Origin: Takakia lepidozioides
Taxonomy: Eukaryota > Plantae > Bryophyta
NCBI GenBank assembly: GCA_030704615.1
Contig: CM060734.1
Span: 20,460,001-20,524,000, forward strand
Direction: 5' to 3'
Length of the DNA: 64,000 nt
The translations under genes and the position numbers were made by a program. Positions 23,419 to 35,723 of the stretch are shown piece by piece; within the stretch, counting starts at the first letter, position 1; every line of letters starts with the position of its first letter. The notes under the pieces were generated by a model. That model saw nothing but the letters and a program-made list of their open reading frames with translations, ran no database searches and had not been told where the DNA came from.

Positions 23419-24405
23419 GTTCTGCCAAAGAAGAACCACAATTGGCGGGGAGTTGGGAGGGACGTGAGAACTTCACCATTTGCGAGATCGATGGAGTGGA
23501 TCTCATTTTGGGGATGACCTTTTTGAGCAAATCAGGAGCGGTCATAGATGGCCGCAAGAGAGTAATCACGCTACCGTGTGGGAATGGTGGCGAAGTTTTA
23601 CGAGTTTCGAAAACGCCCAACCCAGTGTCGTGGCCCTTTGCCTTGAGGGCAGGGGGTCGGGACACAGAAGGGGCTGCCTCTGTGGTGGGGGCAGTGGCAG
23701 CGATAGGTATGGGGGGCTGAAGCACCCTTGAGTGCCCAAAGCACTCAAGGAGGCGGAGACGCTCACTAGGTGGAGCCCCGCACACCGGGTTGCGGTGGGG
23801 GTGGCTCCACAAGGGGTGGTGGTAGCTTAGCGGGACTTAGTGGGGGTGGCATAGGACTCACCCTGGGGCGGAGACCTCGTGGTGGGAGTCGTGGGGAGTC
23901 TTGGGACTCATCACGGTCCATAGGGGCCGTGGTGAGTGGGCCAAGACTCACCGCGACTCATCACCGGGAGTCGAGGGTGTTCGTGGTGGTTCGCCATAAA
24001 ATGGCATGGTTGTTTGTGAAACCCCCGCGGACAGCTACAGAAGTATATATAGGGAGTAGTAACCCCGAGAACGGTGCAAGCCCGTTGGTGACCAAAACCT
24101 AGTGAGTAAGCGAGCGAGCCGGAAAGCGACCAAAGAGTGGGGAGCTGTTCCGGACTGCCAACTACCAAAGGGAATTCCGCTGGTTCTAAATCATTGGAGG
24201 GTTCTTTGGGAGATCAAGGGGGGACCGTTATGTCCCGGTGAGCAGCCAAAGCTCCAAGTTGGCCGGGCGGCCAGGTTGGGAGTTAGGCGCGCGCATCAAG
24301 CGAGTAACTATGACTTGAGGGGGGAGCTTACCGAAGTGAGGTGCGCGACACTTGGTATCAGAGCTTAGAGTTTAATACGCGATCGTCCTTGGAATTGGCC
24401 TCATC

Positions 24406-27400
24406 ATGGGGTCAGGCAAGCCCAAACAAAAGCGGAATGGCCTAAAAGATGATGATCCTGGTGAGCCCGATGGGGGCGACGTGTCACCGAGGCGACCGTT
24501 TGAGGAAGCGATGCATGTTTCCGAAAACGAGGCCGCTCAAGAGCGGGAGGAATCTGAGGAGTCGGAGCCTGAGGAGCTCCGACCGACCAACATATGACTC
24601 CCATGCCGACAGCCTTTTGGGAAGGGTTGTTGAACCTTGAACTGGAGTGGGTTCAAGGAATTGATGAAGAGACAGTTTGTGCCCTTCAACGCGTCCTGGC
24701 TCGCCCGGGACAAGATGAGGAATTTGAAGCAAACAGATGATATTCGGGGATATGTCCAGGCTTTCAATGTGTTGTTGCTCGAAGTCGCGGACATGGCAGA
24801 ACCAGAAATGGTCTTCAACTTTGTGGCGGGACTGGCCCCATGGGCCAGGCGGAAGTTGGAGGAGAAGCCACCTAAGACTTTGAACGAGGCAATTGAGAGG
24901 GCTGAATGTTTCTCGGATGTCCCTAAGGGTGAAAGACAAGGCCATACGGAGCTGAACCACAAGAAGACCCGGCGGGAAGGTGACTCCTTCCAACCGGAAA
25001 AGAAGTGGGATAGGCCACGCGGCGACAATGGCACGTGGAAATCGAAGGGAGGGCCTTCACAAGTCAAGGCGGCACCCGGTGCTTCAAAAGGAAAAGCGGG
25101 TGGAGCGGCTTATGGCGGACAGAAGGCGACCTTTGATGGAGTGTGTTTCAATTGCGGGGAGCCCAGGCACATGGCCAAGAAGTGCACGAAGCCCCGACAA
25201 TTGAACATGACTCGGGCGACCACAGAGCTGTCGGAAGATACCATCAGTCGCTTGGTGGAAGCGGTGGTCGCCAGGACTTGCAAGGTAGGCAAATTTTCTT
25301 GTGAGTTATATCAGGAAACTGGTGCCTTACGTAAAGGGAGTCAGTTATTGTTCGTGGACGGGATAATATCCGGAACTAACGTGTCATTGTTGGTGGACAC
25401 AGGAGCGTCGCACTCCTTCATGACACCGGAAATAGCACAGAAGCTGGGACTCCCGACAAGTGACGTGGGGGCCTCTATTGAGGTGCGTTCTGCCAAAGGA
25501 GAACCGCAATTGGCGACAAGGTTGGCGTTTGATGTTCCTCTTCAATTGGGGAGTTGGGAGGACGTGAGAACTTCACCATCTGCGAGATCGATGGAGTGGA
25601 TCTCATTTTGGGGATGACCTTTTTGAGCAAATCCGGAGTGGTCATAGATGGCCGCAAGAGAGTAGTCACGCTGCCATGTGGGAATGGTGGCAAGGTCTTA
25701 CGAGTGTCGGAAACGCCCAAATCCGTGGGAGGGCGAATAAACCTTCTGTCAGCAAGGGAGTGGGCCGTGGAGGAGGCACACGAGCCCCAATTTTTGCTCT
25801 ATATTAGAGAAGTGAAGGGAGAAGGCGATGGGGAGCCGAGCCCAGATTGGATCAAGGGGATTTTGGAGAAATACCAGGATGTGATGCCGGAGGATTTACC
25901 AAGCAGCTTGCCACCGCGAAGAGGAGTTGACCACAAGATTGAGGTGATACCGGGATCAGAACCGCCTGCCAAGGCGCCCTACCGGTTGAGCCACTGAGAG
26001 TTGGTTGAGCTGAAGACTCAGCCAAAGATCTAATGTCAAAGGGGTACATCCGGCCGAGTAAGTCACCTTACGGAGCCCCGGTGCTATTCGCAGACAAGAA
26101 GGATGGGACGCTGTAGATGTGTGTCGATTACAGGGCTTTGAATAAGGTGACTATTAAAAACCGGTACCCTTTGCCAAGGATCGACGACCTTTTCGATTGG
26201 TTGGCAAGAGCGAAGTATTTCAGCCGGATCGATCTGCGCTCCATCTCTCATCAAATTTGAGTGGCGGAAGGAGATGAGGAGAAGACCGCGTGCAGGACAA
26301 GGTATGGTTCATATGAGTTCTTGGTGATGCCTTTTGGACTCACCAATGCTCCCGCGACCTTTAGCACGCTGATGAACAACCTTTTCCAGGAGTGGTTGGA
26401 TGACTTTGTGATCGTGTACATTGACGACATCTTGGTGTATTTGAAAACAAAGGAGGAGCACCTGGAGTACCTCAAAAGGGTGTTCCAGAAATTGCGGGAA
26501 GGGAAGCTGTATGCCAAAGCTTCAAAGTGCGAATTCGGGGTCACAAAAGTGGAGTTCTTGGGGCATGTGATTACACAGGATGGGATCAGAATGGATGACA
26601 GGAAGGTGAGGGCCATCTTGGACTGGGAGCCTCCGACTTCGGTCCCGGGAGTGCGAACCTTCCTAGGACTCGCCTCCTACTACCGGAAGTATGTGAGAAA
26701 TTTCACCAAGATCGCGGGGCCGCTATCAGACCTTCTGTGTAAGTCCAAAGTCTGGGCATGGAACACCTTTTGTGGCCAAGCTTTTGCTGAATTGAAGCAA
26801 CGGATGGCAGAAGCTCCAGTCTTGAAAATCCCGGAGTTCGATCGTCCGTTCGAGATTCATACAGATGCGTCCGACTTCGCGATTGGGGGTGTACTGATGC
26901 AAGATGGACGCCCAGTGGCTTACGAAAGTAAGAAACTGAATGAAGTGGAGCGACGGTGGCCGACGCACGAGAAAGAGATGAAGACGGTGGTGCACTGCCT
27001 TGAGCTTTGGCGCCACTATGTTGGTTCCAACCCAGTGAAGGTGTTCACGGACAATGTCACGGTGAAGTATTTTGCCACGCAGCCCAAGTTGTCCCCAAAA
27101 CAACTTAGGTGGCAAGATACTTTGGCGGTGTTCGACGTGGATATCCAGTACAAACCGGGACGGGACAACGTGGTGGCCGATGCCTTAAGTAGAAAGCAAC
27201 AGCTTTTGTTGGTGTACAGGGCGAGACGATGCTCCAAAGGAAGATCCGGAACGCTTGCCAGAAGGATGAGTTGGCGAAGTCCGTGATGCAGGACTTGAGG
27301 ATGGGGGTTAAATCGCAGTTCCACTTGCAAAATGGACTGTTCCGGTATAAGCAAAAGCGTCTCTACGTGCCAAAGGGAGGGATCAGAGATAGCCTCTTGA

Positions 27401-27437
27401 GAGAATGCCATGATTGGGGGCCACTGCGGAGCCAAGC
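24406..27437 (+). pseudogene. gag-PR-RT-RNaseH portion of copy 3
   Basis: ORF pieces 24406-24597, 24637-25617, 25554-25997 and 26261-27286; deletion in gag near 24630; stops and frameshifts; interrupted at the integrase GHGGAK motif. Confidence 0.92.
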
Positions 27438-30400
27438 TGTCGCGCACCTCACTTCGGTAAGCTCCCCTTCAAGTCATAGTTACTCGCTTTGATGCGCGCG
27501 CCTAACTCCCAACCTGGCCGCCGGGCCAACTTGGAGCTTCGGCTGCTCACTGGGACATAACGGTCCCCCTTCGCTCCCCCGAAAGACCCTCCACCTATTT
27601 GGGCCTAGTGGAATTCCCTTTGGTAGATGGCAGTCCGGAACAGCTCCCCACTCTTTGGTCGCTTTCCGGCTCGCTCGCTTACTCACTAGTTTTTGGTCAC
27701 CAACGGGCTTGCACCGTTCTCGGGGTTACTACTCCCCCTATATATACTTCTGTAGCTGTCCGCGGGGGTTTCACAACCAGCCATGCCATTTTATGGCGAA
27801 CCACCACGAAAACCCTCGACTCCCAGTGATGAGTCGCGGTGAGTCTTGGCCCACTCACCACGGCCCCTATGGACCGTGATGAGTCCCAAGACTCCCCACG
27901 ACTCCCACCACGAGGTCTCCGCCCCCATGGTGAGTCCTATGCCACCCCCACTAAGTCCCGCTAAGCTACCACCACCCCTTGTGGAGCCACCCCCACCGCA
28001 ACCCGGTGTGCGGGGCTCCACCTAGTGAGCGCCTCCGCTTCCCTGAGTGCCTTGGGCACTCAAGGGTGCTTCAGCTCCCCCATACCTATCGCTGCCGCTG
28101 CCCCCACCACAGGGGCAGCCCCTCATGTGTCCCGACCCCCTACCCTCAAGGCAAAGGGCCGCGACAATACTACCCGCAAGGGAATGGGTAGGCAGAATCA
28201 ACCATGGCTTCAGAGTAGGCCATCGCAAACTCACTATCCCATGGCGAACCACCACGAAGACCCTTGATTCCCGGTGGTGAGTCACGGTGAGTCTTGGCCC
28301 ACTCACCGCGGCCCCAATGGACCGTGATGAGTCCCAAGACTCCCCACGACTTCCACCTCGAGGTCTCCACCCCATGGTGAGTCCTATGCCACCCCCACTT
28401 AGTCCCGCTAAGCTACCACCACCCCTTGTGGAGCCACCCCCACCGCAACCCGGTGTGCGGGGCTCCGCCTAGTGAGCGCCTCCGCCTCCTTGAGTGCCTT
28501 GGGCACTCAAGGGTGCTTCAGCCCCCGTATCTATCGCTGCTACTGCCCCCACCACAGGGGCAGCCCCTTCTGTGTCCCGACCCCCTGCCCTCAAGGCAAA
28601 GGGCCGTGGCCCGCAAGCGGGCTATCATGGCATTCTCTCAAGAGACTATCCCTGATCCCTCCCTTCGGCACGTAGAGACGCTTTTGCTTATACCGGAGCA
28701 GTCCATTTTGCAAGTGGAACTGCGATTTAACCCCCATCCTCAAGTCTTGCATCACGGACTTCGCCAGCTCATCCTTCCGGCAAGCCTTCCGGATCTTCCT
28801 TTGGAGCGCCGTCTCGCCCTATGCACCAACATGAGCTGCTGCTTTCTACTTAAAGCATCGGCCACCACATTGTCCCGTCCCGGTTTGTACTGGATATCCA
28901 CGTCGAACACCGCCAAAGTATCTTGCCACCTAAGTTGTTTTGGGGACAACTTGGGCTGCGTGGCAAAATACTTCACTGTGACATTGTCCCTGAACACCTT
29001 CACTGGGTTGGAACCAACATAGTGGCGCCAAAGCTCAAGGCAATGCACCACCGCCTTCATCTCTTTTTCGTGCGTCGGCCACCGTCGCTCCACTTCATTC
29101 AGTTTCTTACTTTTATAAGCCACTGGACGTCCATCTTGCATAAGTACACCCCCAATCGCAAAGTCCGATGCATCTGTATGAATCTCAAACGGACGATCGA
29201 ACTCGGGGATTTTCAAGACTGAAGCTTCCGCCATCCGCTGCTTCAATTCAGCAAAAGCTTGGCCACAAAAAGTATTCCATGCCCAGACTTTGGATTTACA
29301 CAGAAGGTCGGACAGCGGCCCCGCGATCTTGGCAAAATTTCTCACATACTTCCGGTAATAGGAGGCGAGTCCTAGGAAGGATCGCACTCCCGGGACCGAA
29401 GTCGGAGGCTCCCAGTCCAAGATCGCCCTCACCTTTCTGTCATCCATTTTGATCCCATCCTGCGTAATCACATGCCCCAAGAACTCCACTTTTGTGACCC
29501 CGAATTCGCACAGCTTTGGCGTACAGCTTCCCTTCCCGCAATTTTTGGAACACCCTTTTGAGGTGCTCCAGGTGCTCCTCCTTTGTTTTCGAGTACACCA
29601 AGATGTCGTCGATGTACACGATCACAAAGTCATCCAACCACTCTTGAAAAAGGCTGTTCATTAGCGTGCTAAAGGTCGCAGGTGCATTGGTGAGCCCAAA
29701 AGGCATCACCAAGAACTCATATGAACCATACCTTGTCCTGCACGCGGTCTTCTCCTCATCTCCTTCCGCCACCCGAATTTGATGGTAGCCGGAGCGCAAG
29801 TCGATCCGGCTGAAGTACTTCGCTCCTGCCAACCGGTCAAAAAGGTCGTCGATCCTTGGCAAAGGGTACCGGATTTTAATAGTCGCCTTATTCAGAGCCC
29901 TGTAATCGACACACATCCGCAACGTCCCATCCTTCTTGTCTGCGAATAGCACCGGGGCTCCGTAAGGTGACTTACTCGGTCGGATGTACCCCTTTGACAT
30001 TAGATCCTTGAACTGAGTCTTCAGCTCGACCAACTCTCTGTGGCTCAACCGATAGGGCGCCTTGGCAGGTGGTTTCGATCCCGGTATCTCCTCAATCTTG
30101 TGGTCAACTCCTCTTCGCAGTGGCCAGCCGCTTGGTAAATCCTCCGGCATCACATCTTGGTATTTCTCCAAAATCCCCTTGATCCAATCTGGGCTCGGCT
30201 CCCCATCGCCTTCTCATTTCACTTCTCTAATGTAAAGCAAAAATTGGGGCTCGTGTGCCTCCTCCACGGCCCACTCCCTTGCTGACAGAAGGTTTATTCG
30301 CCCTCCCACGGATTTGGGCGTTTCCGACACCCGTAAGACCTCGCCACCATTCCAACATGGCAGCGTGACTACTCTCTTGCGGCCATCTATGACCGCTCCA

Positions 30401-32690
30401 GATTTGCTCAAAAAGGTCATCCCCAAAATGAGATCCACTCCATCGATCTCGCAGATGGTGAAGTTCTCACGTCCCTGCCAACTCCCTAGTTGAAGAGGAA
30501 CATCGAACGACAACCTTGTCGCCAGCTGTGGTTCTCCTTTGGCAGAACGCACCTCAATAGAGGCCCCCACGTCACTTGTCGGGAGTCCCAGCTTTTGTGC
30601 CGTTGCCGGTGTCATGAAGGAGTGCGACGCTCCCGTGTCCACCAACAATGACACGTTAGTTCCGGATATTATCCCATCCACGAACAGTAACTGACTCCCT
30701 TTACGTAAGGCGCCAGTTTCCTGATACAACTCACAAGAAAATGTGCCTACCTTGCAAGTCCGGGCAACCACCGCTTCCACCAGGCGACTGATGGTATCTT
30801 CTGACAGCTCTGTGGTCGCCCGAGTCATGTTCAACTGTCGGGGCTTCGTGCACTTCTTGGCCATGTGCCCGGGCTCCCCGCAATTGAAACACACTCCATC
30901 AAAGGTCGCCTTCTGTCCGCCATAAGCCGCTGCACCTGCTTTTCCTTTCGGAGCACCAGGTGCCGCCTTGACGTGTGAAGGCCCTCCCTTCGATTTCCAC
31001 GTGCTATTATCGCCACGTGGCCTATCACACTTCTTTTCCGGTTGGAAAGAGTCACCTTCCCGCCGGGCCTTCTTGTGGTTCAGCTCCGTACGGCCTTGTC
31101 TTTCACCCCTAGGGACATCCGAGAAACATTCAGCCGTCTCAATTGCCTCGTTCAAAGTCTTAGGCGGCTTCTCCTCCAACTTCCGCCTGGCCCACGGGGC
31201 CAGTCCCGCCACAAAGTTGAAGACCATTTCTGGTTCTGCCATGTCCGCGACTTCGAGCAGCAGCACATTGAAAGCCTGAACATAACCCCGAATGTCATCC
31301 GTTTGCTTCAAATTCCTCATCTTGTCCCGGGCAAGCCAGGACGCGTTGAGGGGCACAAACTGTCTCTTCATCAATTCCTTGAACCCACTCCAGTTCAAGG
31401 TTTCCGGGCTTGGACCTCGGTCGTGAAGGCGTTTCTGCCACCATTGTTGAGCATAGCCCCTCAAATAGGTGGGAGCCACTTCCACCCGATCCTCGTCACT
31501 CAACTTGGCCGCCCGAAAGTACTGCTCTAGCTCAAGGAGCCAGGTGTTGAGTGCCTTCCGATTTCGGACGCCCTCGAAGGTGCCGGGTTCCTTAGGCTTC
31601 ACCTTAAACTTTGCCTTAGTGGAAGTGGCATTAGCCGCCTTCAATACGTCTTTCAACGTCCCGCCAAACTGCGCCAACAACCCTTCCCAAAAGGCTGCCG
31701 GCATGGGAGGCATCTCTTGGTTTGTCGAAGCTCTCAAGGATTCCTCGGGCTCCGACTCCTCGGATTCCTCCCGCTCTTGAGCGGCCTCGTTTTCGGAAAC
31801 ATGCATCGCTACCTCAAACGGCCGCCTCGGTGACACGTCGCCCCCATCTGGCTCACCAGGATCATCATCTTTTGGGCCGTTCCGCTTCCGCTTCGGCTTG
31901 CCCGACCCCATGATGAGGCCAATCCCAAGGACGATCGCGTACTGAACTCTAAGCTCTGATACCAAGTGTCGCGCACCTCACTTCGGTAAGCTCCTCTTCA
32001 AGTCATAGTTACTCGCTTTGATGCGCGCGCCTAACTCCCAACCTGGCTGCCGGGCCAACTTGGAGCTTCGGCTGCTCACTGGGACATAACGGTCCCCCTT
32101 CGCTCCCCCGAAAGACCCTCCACCTATTTGGGCCTAGTGGAATTCCCTTTGGTAGATGGCAGTCCGGAACAGCTCCCCACTCTTTGGTCGCTTTCCGGCT
32201 CGCTCGCTTACTCACTAGTTTTTGGTCACCAACGGGCTTGCACCGTTCTCGGGGTTACTACTCCCTATATATACTTCTGTAGCTGTCCGCGGGGGTTCCA
32301 CAAACAGCCATGCCATTTTATGGTGAACCACCACGAAGACCCTTGATTCCCGGTGGTGAGTCGCGGTGAGTCTTGGCCCACTCACCGCGGCCCCAATGGA
32401 CCGTGATGAGTCCCAAGACTCCCCACGACTTCCACCTCGAGGTCTCCACCCCATGGTGAGTCCTATGCCACCCCCACTTAGTCCCGCTAAGCTACCACCA
32501 CCCCTTGTGGAGCCACCCCCACCGCAACCCGGTGTGCGGGGCTCCGCCTAGTGAGCGCCTCCGCCTCCTTGAGTGCCTTGGGCACTCAAGGGTGCTTCAG
32601 CCCCCGTATCTATCGCTGCTACTGCCCCCACCACAGGGGCAGCCCCTTCTGTGTCCCGACCCCCTGCCCTCAAGGCAAAGGGCCGCGACA
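27438..32690 (-). mobile_element. Chromovirus copy 4, nested in copy 3 in opposite orientation; integrase deleted, 3' LTR rearranged
   Basis: Exact TSD CAAGC (27433-27437, 32691-32695). 5' LTR 31967-32690 with PBS. Left end = full LTR 27438-28166 + 78-bp foreign flank + partial LTR to 28606 fused directly to pol. Confidence 0.9.
28607..31911 (-). pseudogene. gag-PR-RT-RNaseH of copy 4 (truncated at the start of integrase)
   Basis: ORFs 30214-31965, 29440-30171 and 28752-29489. Confidence 0.92.
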
Positions 32691-33933
32691 CAAGCGCACT
32701 GCGGCACTCTTGAAGAAAGAGTATTTCTGGCCCAAACTGAGGGAGGAGGCAGAGGAGTATGTCAAGACATGCACCACATGCCAACAAAACCGGAGCGAGT
32801 ACAAAAAGCAAGCGGGGCTGTTACAACCCTTGCCGATTCCTGAGGGGACTTGGGAAAGCGTCTCGATGGATTTCATGACTGCTATGCCGCTGTCAAAAGG
32901 ATTCGATGCAATCATGGTGGTGGTGGATAGGTTCAGTAAAATGGGCCATTTCATCCCCACCAAGGAGACAACAACGGCACAGGAAACAGGGCGACTTTAC
33001 TTCGCCCATGTCTTAAAGCATCATGGAGTCCCGAAGGATATTGTCTCGGACCGCGATCCAAAGTTTACGAGTAAATTTTGGAGGACACTTTGGAAGAAGA
33101 TGGGGACGAGGCTGAAGATGAGCACCGCCTTCCAACCTACGACCGACGGCCAAACGGAAAGAGTGAATTCCGTAGTGAAGCAGATCTTGCGGAATTACGT
33201 ATCGGCAGACCAAACAGATTGGGTGGAACACTTAGACGCGGCAAAGTTCTGTTATAATAACACAGAACACTCCGCAACGGGAGTTTTCCCTTTCGTATTG
33301 GTCTATGGAAAAGCACCTTTGGTGCCGACAAGTTGGGCCGCCCAGGACGTTGAGGAACCGGCAGTAGCGGCGGTACTGGAAGAACGCGAGCGTTTGTTGA
33401 AGCTCGCAAAGTACAACACTGCCAAAGCTAGGAAACGGTATGAAAGGCAGGCGAATCGGAAGCGGAGGGAAGTGAAGTTTGAGGCAGGCACGGAGGTCTG
33501 GTTGAACATCAAGAATTTCCGACTACCTCCGGAAGTGAGTCCAAAGTTCGTACCTCCATATGCGGGACCCTTTCGCATCCGGAAGGTTATGAATGAGGAT
33601 GTGTATGAATTGGAGCTGCCGGCAAACAGCAAGGTGCATCCAGTATTCCACGTCTCCCTTTTGAAGCCTTACTTCAAAGATGAAGCGCGTCCGAATCGGC
33701 ATCAAGTGTTGCGTCCGCCACCTGTGCTGTTGGATCATGAAAATGAACCTCAGTATGAGGTGGAGGCAGTACTTAAGTCGAGGAGGTTCAAGAACCAAGA
33801 AACGAAGTATTTCGTCAAATGGAAGGGCTATCATCATGTGGAGGCATCTTGGGTGCGTGCCTCAGAAATGGGAAACGCATCTGAGGCGGTTGCAGTTTTC
33901 GAAGGGCGACCTAAAAAACGGAAGAAGCGTTGA
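32691..33933 (+). pseudogene. Integrase-chromodomain portion of copy 3
   Basis: Resumes [14 protein letters not shown] after the TSD; [20 protein letters not shown] motifs and chromodomain; stop at 33933. Confidence 0.92.
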
Positions 33934-35723
33934 TGGGGACATCAACCTTGGAGCGTGGGGGAGGAAATGCATGCTTAGCCCGGCTTAGCTAGCTTAGGAA
34001 TCCGATTGCAAAAACTTGTATTGTACAAAAATTTGTTATAAAGGAAATGGGTTTCAAATGTTGTGCGTCCTATTTTGTTTGGAATGGTGATGCATTGTCG
34101 CACACCTCAATTCGGTAAACTCCCCTTCAAGTCATAGTTACTCGCTTTGATGCGCGCGCCTGACTCCCAACCTGGCCGCCGGGCCAACTTGGAGTTTCGG
34201 CTGCTCACTGGGACATAACGGTCCCCTTCCGCTTCCCTCTAAACCCTCCACCTATTTGGGACTAGGAGAATTCCCTTTGGTAGATGGCAGTCCGGAACAG
34301 CTCCCCACTCTTTGGTCGCTTTCCGGCTCGCTCGCTTACTCACTAGTTTTTGGTCACCAACGGGCTTGCACCGTTCTCGGGGTTACTACTCCCTATATAT
34401 ACTTCTGTAGCTGTCCGCGGGGGTTTCATAACCAGCCATGCCATTTTATGGCGAACCACCACGAAAACCCTCGACTCCCGGTGGTGAGTCGCGGTGAGTC
34501 TTGGCCCACTCACCGCGGCCCCAATGGACCGTGATGAGTCCCAAGACTCCCCACGACTCCCACCTCGAGGTCTCCACCCCATGGTGAGTCCTATGCCACC
34601 CCCACTAAGTCCCACTAAGCTACCACCACCCCTTGTGGAGCCACCTCACCGCAACCCGGTGTGCGGGGCTCCACCTAGTGAGCGCCTCCGCCTCCTTGAG
34701 TGCCTTGGGCACTCAAGGGTGCTTCAGCCCCCATACCTATCGCTGCCGCTGCCCCCACCACAGGGGCAGCCCCTCATGTGTCCCGACCCCCTGCCCTCAA
34801 GGCAAAGGGCCGCGACACACACCCCTACCAACAGGGAGTCGATGTCCTCATCGACTTGTCCATTTTGTAGAAACGAACATCCAAGTTGTGGCGTCCCACA
34901 TCAAGGAGTTTGTTTCCGTACCATGGCGTCCCATGGCAAAGAACCAAACCCCACACTTGACTCCACTCTCCACTAGCTAGTTCGGCCGACTTCCTCCAAG
35001 TCCCGGCCAAGGGTGGAGCCTCTCCAGCTCCTCCCAGTGCACTCTTCTTGGCCTACTTCAAGGCCAAGGAACGATCCTCCCCGAGGATCGAATCGCCTTA
35101 CTGCAACAACATTGCTTGCGATCGCTCATGATGCCGCTTTTGGCATCACCTTGAGCAAGGGTTCACCTGGAACCCTCTTTGACTAGGAAGATAACCTTGA
35201 ACCAACCGTGCGCCCCAATCACTACAATTGGGTCCGCCTTGGAATGCTGGCCTGAGGTACGGGAACACGCCGAAGCCGCACTACGACTTCGTCCCGAGGC
35301 TACACGATTATAGTACGTGAACGGAAGCACGTAGCTTCCGCGTTAGCCCGCACTACAAGGCAACCCCCTCGGTAGCGCAGTTATAGTACGCGCACGCGCC
35401 AGGTGCGCACTAGCACTTGAACTCCCAAATAAGGCGCAAGTTTCCTTGCCCCTTGGATGGGAGTCACCCGATTTCGGCACTGCGCAAACACACGATTAAC
35501 CCAATTTACCTCTCCCACTTTTGTAAGCTAGCATGCATTCTACACACCAGCCAACCACACCATGCATCACCATTCCAAACACAATAGGACGCACAATATT
35601 TGGAACCCATTTCCTTTATCACAAATTTTTGTACAATACAAGTTTTTGCAATCGGATTCCTGAGCTAGCTAAACCGGGCTAAGCATGCATTTCCTCCCCC
35701 ACGCTCCAAGGTTGATGTCCCCA

